Below are positions 19,324 through 26,635 of a DNA stretch of 28,408 nt, piece after piece. The notes below the pieces were generated by a model. The model worked only from the letters and a program-made list of their open reading frames with translations, was not told where the DNA came from and ran no database searches. How positions within the stretch are numbered: the first letter of the stretch is position 1; the number at the start of each line of letters is the position of its first letter. Origin of the DNA: Atribacterota bacterium (GTDB taxonomy: Bacteria; Atribacterota; Phoenicimicrobiia; Phoenicimicrobiales; Phoenicimicrobiaceae); contig JBBRDV010000013.1 of assembly GCA_038203565.1 (NCBI GenBank), positions 1-28,408 on the forward strand. The letters run 5' to 3'. The translations under genes and the position numbers were made by a program.

Positions 19324-21054
19324 TTACCGCCACCTTTCGATTTTTATTATACCACCCTTTATTTCATCTACCAACTTATCATCTGAGCGTTTAGCTAATT
19401 GTATTAAAAATTCGTTAACTTTATTCTGTTTCATTAAAACAGGCTGGCTTAAATTAATTTGGAGGGGGAAAAGTCGACAGACCACTCTATCAGGATAAAT
19501 TTCTAATCCTGCTGCTAAACCCTGCTGAGTATCGGAAGAAAAATATTGGTCAAAGATAAAATTTCCCAAAGAATAAAAGATAAGTTTTCCCTGATATCCC
19601 TCAATATTTTGCACTACATGAGGGTGGTGGCCAATAATTAAATCTGCTCCTGCTTCAATTATTTTATAGGCTAACCTTTGTTGGGCAGGAGAGTTGATTA
19701 ATTTATATTCTTCACCCCAATGCATACTTACGATTAAAAAATTATCGGAATTTAAGGATTTGACTGTTCTTATTGCTTTAATCATTTCTTCTTCTCTATC
19801 CATGAAGGGAAAAATTTGATTAAAAGCTAAAAAAGTTATATTATCCCTGATAAAAGAAGAGTTAAGGTTATCTAAACTACCAGAAAGAGGGTCGCCTACA
19901 AAATTAATCCCATATTTTCTTAACCATTTTTTTGTTTCTTCCAATCCTTCTTTTCCCATATCCGGAGTATGATTATTGGCCAGGGAATATAAATTGAAAT
20001 GACTCCAGGAAGCCCCTTTAATTACTTCTGGGTTAAAGGTAAATTTTAAAGAATTAGCTGGAAATTCTGGGGGATTATTTACTACAGGGCCTTCTAAATT
20101 TCCAAAAACAATATCCATTCCCCTTAAAAAATGACTGATTTTTTGAAAAGGATAATAAATACTGTTTTGCTCTATTAAATCTTCTACACCTCGATCTAAC
20201 ATAATATCTCCTACCAATAGAATAGTTTTTGCTCCCTCGATAAAAGCTTCCTCGTTTTTTTTCTTTCCAAAGACTACACTAAAATAAGAAGTGGTTTCTT
20301 CTAATTCTAAATTTAAAAAATCAACAGAATTTTTATGAGTAATAATGTGAGGGGCTTCTTTCTGCCGTAATTTGGCAAATAATCTGGCTGCATACAGTGC
20401 CTGCCAGCAATCAACTTCTATGTTTTTAAAATTTTCTTCCTCAAAATTTAGTAAAACCCGGATACTTTTTGCATCATGAAAATCAGCTGCCCGGGAAGGA
20501 AGATAGTGAGAGAAATCTACACTGGCAACAACAATAGTATCGAGAAGGGTATTTTCATCAATTGTTTTTACCAATTGTTCTATTTGTTCTTTAGTGATAT
20601 CAGCAGGTATCAGGATAGGCAAAATATTAGTTTCAGGGAAATATTTTTTGGTATAAGGGAGTAGAACAGTTACTCCATGTTCAGCAATAACTGCAGAACT
20701 ATTAGGAATTATTTCATTTTCTTTAAATAATTTTCCCCACAATAAGGTATCAATTTTTAAATGATTGAATTCTTTTTCACCTGAATCTAATGCGATAGTA
20801 ATAAATGTATTACCTTCCCTAAGAATACCGCTTTGAAAATGATCCGGACTTAAAATAACTATCGTTTTGGGTTTTTCCTGGGAGGAAATATAACTAAAAA
20901 AATCCTCAACAATCTCTTTAGCCAACAAATGATGAGGAACTACGCCGGAAACTATATTTATTTTATCAATAGAGGCAGCTGTAGATGCTATAGGCAAAAT
21001 AAGCAAAATAAATAACATTAAAATATATTTTTTAGCTGCTACCATGGTATCCAT
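19324..21054 (-). CDS. Fusion of Memo-like (AmmeMemoRadiSam protein B) domain and CapA/PGA_cap metallophosphatase domain
   Basis: N-half: VPHH, LSPDH, EHG and ASVDFSHY (Memo). C-half: VGDIMLDR, GNLEGP, LANNH, MHWGEEY, IIGHHPHVVQ and YSLGNFIFDQ (CapA). Signal-peptide-like N-terminus. Confidence 0.85.
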   Translation of the reverse strand: MDTMVAAKKYILMLFILLILPIASTAASIDKINIVSGVVPHHLLAKEIVEDFFSYISSQEKPKTIVILSPDHFQSGILREGNTFITIALDSGEKEFNHLKIDTLLWGKLFKENEIIPNSSAVIAEHGVTVLLPYTKKYFPETNILPILIPADITKEQIEQLVKTIDENTLLDTIVVASVDFSHYLPSRAADFHDAKSIRVLLNFEEENFKNIEVDCWQALYAARLFAKLRQKEAPHIITHKNSVDFLNLELEETTSYFSVVFGKKKNEEAFIEGAKTILLVGDIMLDRGVEDLIEQNSIYYPFQKISHFLRGMDIVFGNLEGPVVNNPPEFPANSLKFTFNPEVIKGASWSHFNLYSLANNHTPDMGKEGLEETKKWLRKYGINFVGDPLSGSLDNLNSSFIRDNITFLAFNQIFPFMDREEEMIKAIRTVKSLNSDNFLIVSMHWGEEYKLINSPAQQRLAYKIIEAGADLIIGHHPHVVQNIEGYQGKLIFYSLGNFIFDQYFSSDTQQGLAAGLEIYPDRVVCRLFPLQINLSQPVLMKQNKVNEFLIQLAKRSDDKLVDEIKGGIIKIERWR

Positions 21055-21058
21055 TATT

Positions 21059-22276
21059 TCATTCCAGTAGTTTTTCTTTTATCGCTCTTTTAATCTCAGG
21101 TATATTGATCAGGGTAGCCATAATCCCGCCTTTAATGAGTATTTCTGCCTCATCAAAATCAAAAAGATTTATTTCTTTAATTCCAAAGGGGACGATGAGT
21201 ACATCCGCCCCTTCCAGGCTTTGGTCGGTAATCTTTGATTCCATAATATCGTTGGATTGGCTAATTATTTCAAAGATATTAGGACCTTCAAATTTTGATT
21301 TAATCTGCTCTATTCTTTCTTTCAAAAACCCTTTTTCTTCATCAACTAAAGGAGTCATTTCTTCTGTATCCTTAAATTTTGGGTTTTCCCCTTTATTTAT
21401 TCTTAAATCCTCTAAATTTTCTACCTCTTTTAAGTTACCAGTCTCTTTATCAATCATCAAGAGAGTAGTATAAGGGCTTATTTTAGCGAGACTCACCGCA
21501 ATAATAATATCAGCTCCCATCATCCGGACTACATCCACCGGGACTGGATTGACTAATCCCCCATCTACCAGATAATAATCCTGATACTTTACCGGTGTAA
21601 ATATACCGGGAATGGAAATGCTTGCCCTGACAGCATCGATTAATTTTCCTTGATTAATAATTACTTCTGCTCCATTTTCAATTTCGGTAGCTACCGCAGC
21701 AAAGGGAATACTAAGATCATCAAAGGTTTTATCTTTTAAGGCAAACTGATTGAGCATTTTTTCTATACGATCGCCACTAATCAAGCCAGAGTGGGGGAAG
21801 ACAGGGTCTATCATAAAAAGAGTCTTGCTCTTTTTAATGGAGAGTGCCACTTCTTCCAGTTGTCTAATAGTTGCTCCGCTGGCATAGAGGCCTCCAATGA
21901 CCGAACCAATACTGGTGCCGGCGATTATATCGATAGGAATATGATAGGCTTCAAGTGCTAAAATAACACCTACGTGAGCCAATCCTCGTGCCGAGCCGCC
22001 TCCTAAGGCCAGGCCAATTTTCAATCCCTTCTTTTTACACTTGGCCAACAAATCTTCTAATTCTAAATCCTTTTCTACAACTACCTTAAATTCGTCATCT
22101 TTAGTGATAAATACATTATTGGCAAATTGAGCTTCCATATCAGCATAAGTTAGATCAATAGCAGTATTTTCTATTTTTTTCGTGCTTATGGTATCCGCAT
22201 AGACAAAGAAGGCAGAATTCGACAGGAAAAATAATAAAATAAAAACCAATATAATTTTAAAAATATTTTTAGACAT
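21059..22276 (-). CDS. Patatin-like phospholipase (RssA/NTE family) with signal peptide
   Basis: Gly-rich LALGGGSARG, nucleophile GTSIG (GxSxG), ASISIPG and catalytic DGG. Start at 22276 after GGAGGAG. Confidence 0.9.
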   Translation of the reverse strand: MSKNIFKIILVFILLFFLSNSAFFVYADTISTKKIENTAIDLTYADMEAQFANNVFITKDDEFKVVVEKDLELEDLLAKCKKKGLKIGLALGGGSARGLAHVGVILALEAYHIPIDIIAGTSIGSVIGGLYASGATIRQLEEVALSIKKSKTLFMIDPVFPHSGLISGDRIEKMLNQFALKDKTFDDLSIPFAAVATEIENGAEVIINQGKLIDAVRASISIPGIFTPVKYQDYYLVDGGLVNPVPVDVVRMMGADIIIAVSLAKISPYTTLLMIDKETGNLKEVENLEDLRINKGENPKFKDTEEMTPLVDEEKGFLKERIEQIKSKFEGPNIFEIISQSNDIMESKITDQSLEGADVLIVPFGIKEINLFDFDEAEILIKGGIMATLINIPEIKRAIKEKLLE

Positions 22277-22416
22277 TTTTTCTCCTCCAATTTTTAATAA
22301 ATTCACTAAAAACGAAACTAAATATTCTTTTTTTATATTCTGTATTCAATACTAAGAAAAAAGTAAAGTGTGTCTTCCTTTATTTTATAAATCTAATATT
22401 GCCTCATATAATCATA

Positions 22417-22445
22417 ATTCGCCATTCAAGTCAAAAAACCCTTTT
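22417..22445 (-). promoter_or_regulatory. Putative sigmaH-like promoter for the patatin operon
   Basis: The minus strand reads AAAAGGGTTTTTTGACTTGAATGGCGAAT, with the same spacing as the other AGGA...GAAT sites. Confidence 0.4.
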
Positions 22446-22519
22446 TATTGAAAATATTTTAATACAAATTTTTCAAAATATAAGGGGAATATCATCCGTG
22501 GCAATCTCTTAATACCTTT

Positions 22520-22574
22520 TCTAATAACGAAAAACCAATAACCAATAACTTTTTCTTCAAAAAAGAAGGATTTT
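22520..22574 (+). repeat. Direct repeat copy 1 (55 bp), left flank of the metallophosphoesterase gene
   Basis: TCTAATAACGAAAAACCAATAACCAATAACTTTTTCTTCAAAAAAGAAGGATTTT is 48/55 identical, ungapped, to 23948-24002. Confidence 0.9.
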
Positions 22575-22591
22575 CTAAAACTTTGTCGAAT
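22565..22591 (+). promoter_or_regulatory. Putative sigmaH-like promoter (GAAGGATTTT...GTCGAAT)
   Basis: Closest match in the window to the AGGAWWT...GAAT consensus, about 40 nt upstream of the metallophosphoesterase ATG. Confidence 0.55.
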
Positions 22592-22631
22592 TAATTATAA
22601 TGGATATTAAAATAAAAATGGGGAGAATAAT

Positions 22632-23936
22632 ATGATAGTTTTTATTAGCGATTTACACTTTGTAGATGAAACTGCTGGAAAACAAAACATTCCTACATCT
22701 GCTTTTAAATTGTTTTTATCAGATATTAAAACGCATTCGGAAAAAACCAAGAATAAAGAAAAAGAATTAAAGATAGTATTTTTAGGTGATATATTTGATC
22801 TTCTTAGAACCGAAGAATGGTTTAAGGAAAAAGAAGAAGATAGACCTTGGGGAAATAATACTGAAAACATGAAAAAAAGAGCAAAAATTATATTAGAAAA
22901 AATTGCTGAGAAAAACAAAGATACCTTCAATTTATTCTCCAAACAAAATCTAGAAAATACATTTAAAGACACTAATATTGAAACTATTTATATTCCCGGA
23001 AACCACGACAGGTTATGTTGGATGATAGATGAATTGAAAGAAAAAGTAATAGAGCTTTTAGGTTTAAGTGCGAATAATACCGATAATTTTAAGCATTACT
23101 TTTCTAATATTGAACATGGCGTATATGCCACGCATGGACATATGTTTGACAAATTCAATTATGAAGGAGGAGCTTCTTATACCAATTTTGATTTTGGATT
23201 GGTTCCGATTGGTGACCCCATTACCACAGAAATACTAACCAAGATTCCTTATAAATTAATAAAAAATATTGAGTTAAAAAATACACTAAATAGTGAAGAA
23301 ATAATTCGATTAAAATATAGCTTTCAAGAAATAGGAAACATTCGACCTTTTTGGGCAACTTTAAAATGGCTTATTTTTCAAGTAACTGAAAATATAGTAT
23401 TAAAAGAAATAATTGAAGATACCATAGATGAAGTAATGAATGAATTTAATGATTTAAAATTCGTAAAAAATTGGTACAAACATCATGACAAATGGTATCA
23501 CCCCTTTGATACAGCAGATATGATTCAAGCTTGTATTTTTTGTTTAGAGAAATTTAAAATATTGTCTTTCGAAAAACTATCCGGGATTATAGAAAATATG
23601 ATGATTAAGTTAAGCGGACATAATGATAGTGATGGGGCGATTAAACTTTTCAATACTGTGAGCCAGAGAATCCAATATGTCGTCATGGGGCATACCCATT
23701 TTCCCTTACAACAACCGCTTTTTCTCGACCAGCAGGATAATGGAAAAATACGTGAATCCCTTTATCTAAATACAGGAACCTGGATAAAAAATTATTATGA
23801 ATGCAGAGAAGGAAATGGTTTTATTGGGTGGAAAAATATGAATTATGTGATTGTTTACACACCAAAAGAAAAACCTAATAAATATAATGTACCGGTATTT
23901 GAAACTTGGCGGGGGGTTGAAAAGAGAGACGAGTAA
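22632..23936 (+). CDS. Uncharacterised calcineurin-like metallophosphoesterase (LpxH-like motif set, large insertion)
   Basis: All five motifs present (SDLH, GDIFD, GNHD, THGH, GHTH) plus NTGTW. About 170 aa of probably helical sequence lies between HGH and GHTH. GGGGAG RBS. Confidence 0.85.
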   Translation: MIVFISDLHFVDETAGKQNIPTSAFKLFLSDIKTHSEKTKNKEKELKIVFLGDIFDLLRTEEWFKEKEEDRPWGNNTENMKKRAKIILEKIAEKNKDTFNLFSKQNLENTFKDTNIETIYIPGNHDRLCWMIDELKEKVIELLGLSANNTDNFKHYFSNIEHGVYATHGHMFDKFNYEGGASYTNFDFGLVPIGDPITTEILTKIPYKLIKNIELKNTLNSEEIIRLKYSFQEIGNIRPFWATLKWLIFQVTENIVLKEIIEDTIDEVMNEFNDLKFVKNWYKHHDKWYHPFDTADMIQACIFCLEKFKILSFEKLSGIIENMMIKLSGHNDSDGAIKLFNTVSQRIQYVVMGHTHFPLQQPLFLDQQDNGKIRESLYLNTGTWIKNYYECREGNGFIGWKNMNYVIVYTPKEKPNKYNVPVFETWRGVEKRDE

Positions 23937-23947
23937 TTCTTATTTTA

Positions 23948-24002
23948 TCTAATAACGAAAAACCTCTCACTAATAACTTTTTCCCTAAAAAAGAAGGATT
24001 TT
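23948..24002 (+). repeat. Direct repeat copy 2 (55 bp), between the metallophosphoesterase and hsdR
   Basis: TCTAATAACGAAAAACCTCTCACTAATAACTTTTTCCCTAAAAAAGAAGGATTTT is 48/55 identical to 22520-22574 and begins 11 nt after the stop codon. Confidence 0.9.
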
Positions 24003-24027
24003 ATATAGCTTTCGTTGTATTATAATA

Positions 24028-24048
24028 TTGTGTGCATATTGCATACAA
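24028..24048. promoter_or_regulatory. Imperfect palindrome, candidate operator upstream of hsdR
   Basis: TTGTGTGCA-TAT-TGCATACAA has 9-bp arms with 1 mismatch and lies right after TATAAT (24021-24026). Confidence 0.45.
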
Positions 24049-24099
24049 AAATCCTAAACAACTACCCAATTAAAAAATAGTTAAAAGGAATTAAATAAT

Positions 24100-26622
24100 A
24101 TGGCAAAAGAAGCAAAAGCGCGTATACGAATAAACAAACTTCTTGAAGAAGCAGGATGGAGATTTTTTGATACCCCTGAAGGAAAAGCAAATATACGCCT
24201 TGAAACTACTGTAAAAATTACCGAACAAAAATTAGATGAACTTGGAGAAGATTTCGAAAAGACTAAAAATGGCTTTGTTGATTTCCTACTATTAGATGAA
24301 TTTGGATTCCCCCTGGTGGTTTTAGAAGCGAAAAGGGAAGGCAAAGATCCCTTAGATGGGAAAGAGCAAGCTCGTAAATATGCCAGGGCTCTCAATATTC
24401 GATTTATAATCCTGTCAAATAGCAATCTCCATTATTTTTGGGATATTGAATTAGGCAACCCGCACATTATTACCACATTCCCTACCAGTAGTTCCATAAA
24501 GTACAAAAAATCTTTTAAACCAAATCCAAATAATTTAATTAATGAACCTATTGAAGCAGATTATATTGTTATTTCCCAGAAACCTGATTATAAAAATGAC
24601 CCCAGCTGGATATACGAACAAATGAGAAGTGCTTTTATTGAAGAAAATAAGCTAAAATTTTTGCGAGATTGTCAAGTAAGAGCCATAAAATCTTTGCAAA
24701 ATGCAGTAAAAGAAGGCAAAAACAGATTTTTATTTGAAATGGCAACCGGTACCGGGAAAACACTCGTAGCCGCAGGTGTAATCAAACTTTTCCTAAGAAC
24801 CGGCAATGCCAAAAGAGTTCTTTTTCTGGTGGATAGATTAGAATTGGAAGATCAGGCACAAAAAAACTTTGTAAGATATTTAAAGAATGATTACAAGAGT
24901 GTCATTTATAAAGAAAACAAGGATGACTGGAAACATGCAGAAATCGTAGTCACCACAGTCCAGTCTCTCCTTTTTAATAATAAATATAAAGATCTATTTT
25001 CTCCTACCGATTTTGATTTAGTAATATCAGATGAGGCACACAGGTCCATCAATGGTAACAGCCGTGCGGTATTTGAATATTTTACCGGATATAAATTGGG
25101 GCTTACCGCCACACCCAAAGATTATTTAAAAAAAATTGATGAAAAAGAATTAGCAGAAAAAGATCCACGTAAATTAGAAAGACGTCAATTATTAGATACC
25201 TATATTACTTTTGGCTGTGAATCGGGTAATCCTACTTTTCGATATACCCTTTTAGAAGGGGTAAGAGATGGTTTTCTGGTCAATCCCATTGTGATAGATG
25301 CTAGAACAGAAATTACCACAGAACTTCTATCAGATATGGGTTATTCTGTAATTATAGAAAATGAAGAAGGAAAAGATGAGGAAACGACCTATTTCCAGAG
25401 AGATTTTGAAAGAAAATTTTACTCGGAGAAAACCAATATCACCTTATGCAAAACCTTCTTTGAAAATGCGTTAGAAGACCCTTTAACCAGTGAAATTGGA
25501 AAAAGTATTATCTTTTGTGTAAGTCAGAAACACGCCTCTAAAGTAACCCAGATCTTAAATGAATTTGCCCACCAATTTTATCCGGGTAAATATAATTCTG
25601 ATTTTGCTGTCCAGATTACTTCCAATGTTGCTGATGCCCAGCAAATGACTATTAATTTTGCCAATAATATTCTTAACGGCCATACTTCTTTTAAAGAGGG
25701 ATATAAATCCAGTAAGACGAGAGTATGTGTTACCGTTGGAATGATGACCACCGGATATGATTGTGAGGATATTTTAAATTTATGCTTAATGAGACCCATT
25801 TTTTCCCCCTCCTACTTTGTTCAAATGAAAGGAAGAGGAACGCGTAATTATGAGTTTGCGCATAAAGAAAAAAATGAATTAGGCGGTATGGAAAAAACTA
25901 CTGCTCAGAAGAAAAACTTCAAACTTTTTGACTTTTTTGCGGTCTGTGAATATTTTGAAGAGAAATTTAATTATGATGAAGTAATCGAATTACCTCCGGA
26001 AACCGGAAAAAACGGCAACAGCGATCCTCCACCTCCCATACCCAAAGATTATGAAAGTTTTATCCCTGATCCGATAAAGAGTATTGCAGAAACCACAGTT
26101 GGTCCTGAAGGAATGATAATTGATAGAAAGCTGTTTGAGAAATTTGAGGAAACAGTCAAAGCTGATGATTATATAAAGCAAAAGATAGAGGAAGGCAGAT
26201 TCAGTGAAGCTGAGGAACATATAAAGAAAGCAATATTTAACAAACCAGAAGATTACTTCGATCTGGATAAATTGAGGAAATCTTTAAAACTTGACCGTCG
26301 ATTGAGTTTGCGGGAAATTTTGGAGAAAATATTCGGGAAGATAAAGAAATTTAAAACTAAAGATGAACTTCTGGAAGAAGAAGTAAGTAAATTTATTTCC
26401 ATTTACCAACCCGAGAATAAATTTATCTATATTATCAAGCAATTTATAAAAGCCTATATTTTAGATGGTGAACTAAGAGAAATCATTGATTCGAAAAAAT
26501 TTGCGAATCTTGCAACTAATCCAAGATTTAATATAAAAGATTTAAAAGAATTAGATGGCTGGAAAGATCCGATTATCGGATACATTAAGGATTACGTTCC
26601 TCTAAATACTTTTGCCGCATAA
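24100..26622 (+). CDS. hsdR: Type I restriction enzyme R subunit (nuclease + SF2 translocase)
   Basis: Nuclease VD.....LEAKR and QARKY (QxxxY). Walker A MATGTGKT, FLVDR, DEAHRS, LTATP, MMTTGYD and QMKGRGTR. Directly followed by an N6 methyltransferase. Confidence 0.92.
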   Translation: MAKEAKARIRINKLLEEAGWRFFDTPEGKANIRLETTVKITEQKLDELGEDFEKTKNGFVDFLLLDEFGFPLVVLEAKREGKDPLDGKEQARKYARALNIRFIILSNSNLHYFWDIELGNPHIITTFPTSSSIKYKKSFKPNPNNLINEPIEADYIVISQKPDYKNDPSWIYEQMRSAFIEENKLKFLRDCQVRAIKSLQNAVKEGKNRFLFEMATGTGKTLVAAGVIKLFLRTGNAKRVLFLVDRLELEDQAQKNFVRYLKNDYKSVIYKENKDDWKHAEIVVTTVQSLLFNNKYKDLFSPTDFDLVISDEAHRSINGNSRAVFEYFTGYKLGLTATPKDYLKKIDEKELAEKDPRKLERRQLLDTYITFGCESGNPTFRYTLLEGVRDGFLVNPIVIDARTEITTELLSDMGYSVIIENEEGKDEETTYFQRDFERKFYSEKTNITLCKTFFENALEDPLTSEIGKSIIFCVSQKHASKVTQILNEFAHQFYPGKYNSDFAVQITSNVADAQQMTINFANNILNGHTSFKEGYKSSKTRVCVTVGMMTTGYDCEDILNLCLMRPIFSPSYFVQMKGRGTRNYEFAHKEKNELGGMEKTTAQKKNFKLFDFFAVCEYFEEKFNYDEVIELPPETGKNGNSDPPPPIPKDYESFIPDPIKSIAETTVGPEGMIIDRKLFEKFEETVKADDYIKQKIEEGRFSEAEEHIKKAIFNKPEDYFDLDKLRKSLKLDRRLSLREILEKIFGKIKKFKTKDELLEEEVSKFISIYQPENKFIYIIKQFIKAYILDGELREIIDSKKFANLATNPRFNIKDLKELDGWKDPIIGYIKDYVPLNTFAA

Positions 26623-26635
26623 AAGGAGATAAAAT

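Noticed and set aside
22632..23936. Calling the phosphoesterase lpxH
   Set aside because: The motifs are shared by the whole superfamily, the protein is much longer than LpxH, and there is no lipid A gene context.
22520..24002. The direct repeats as a CRISPR array or integron attC sites
   Set aside because: There are only two copies, 1.4 kb apart. They lack internal dyad symmetry and RYYYAAC...GTTRRRY ends, and no cas or intI gene is in the window.
2923..26220. Numerous short antisense or overlapping ORFs in the ORF track (e.g. 2923-3210, 4789-5202, 6989-7315, 9635-10006, 10058-10417, 21105-21473, 22607-22972, 24081-24425)
   Set aside because: They lie opposite or inside well-supported genes, lack recognisable motifs and read like reverse-frame shadows.
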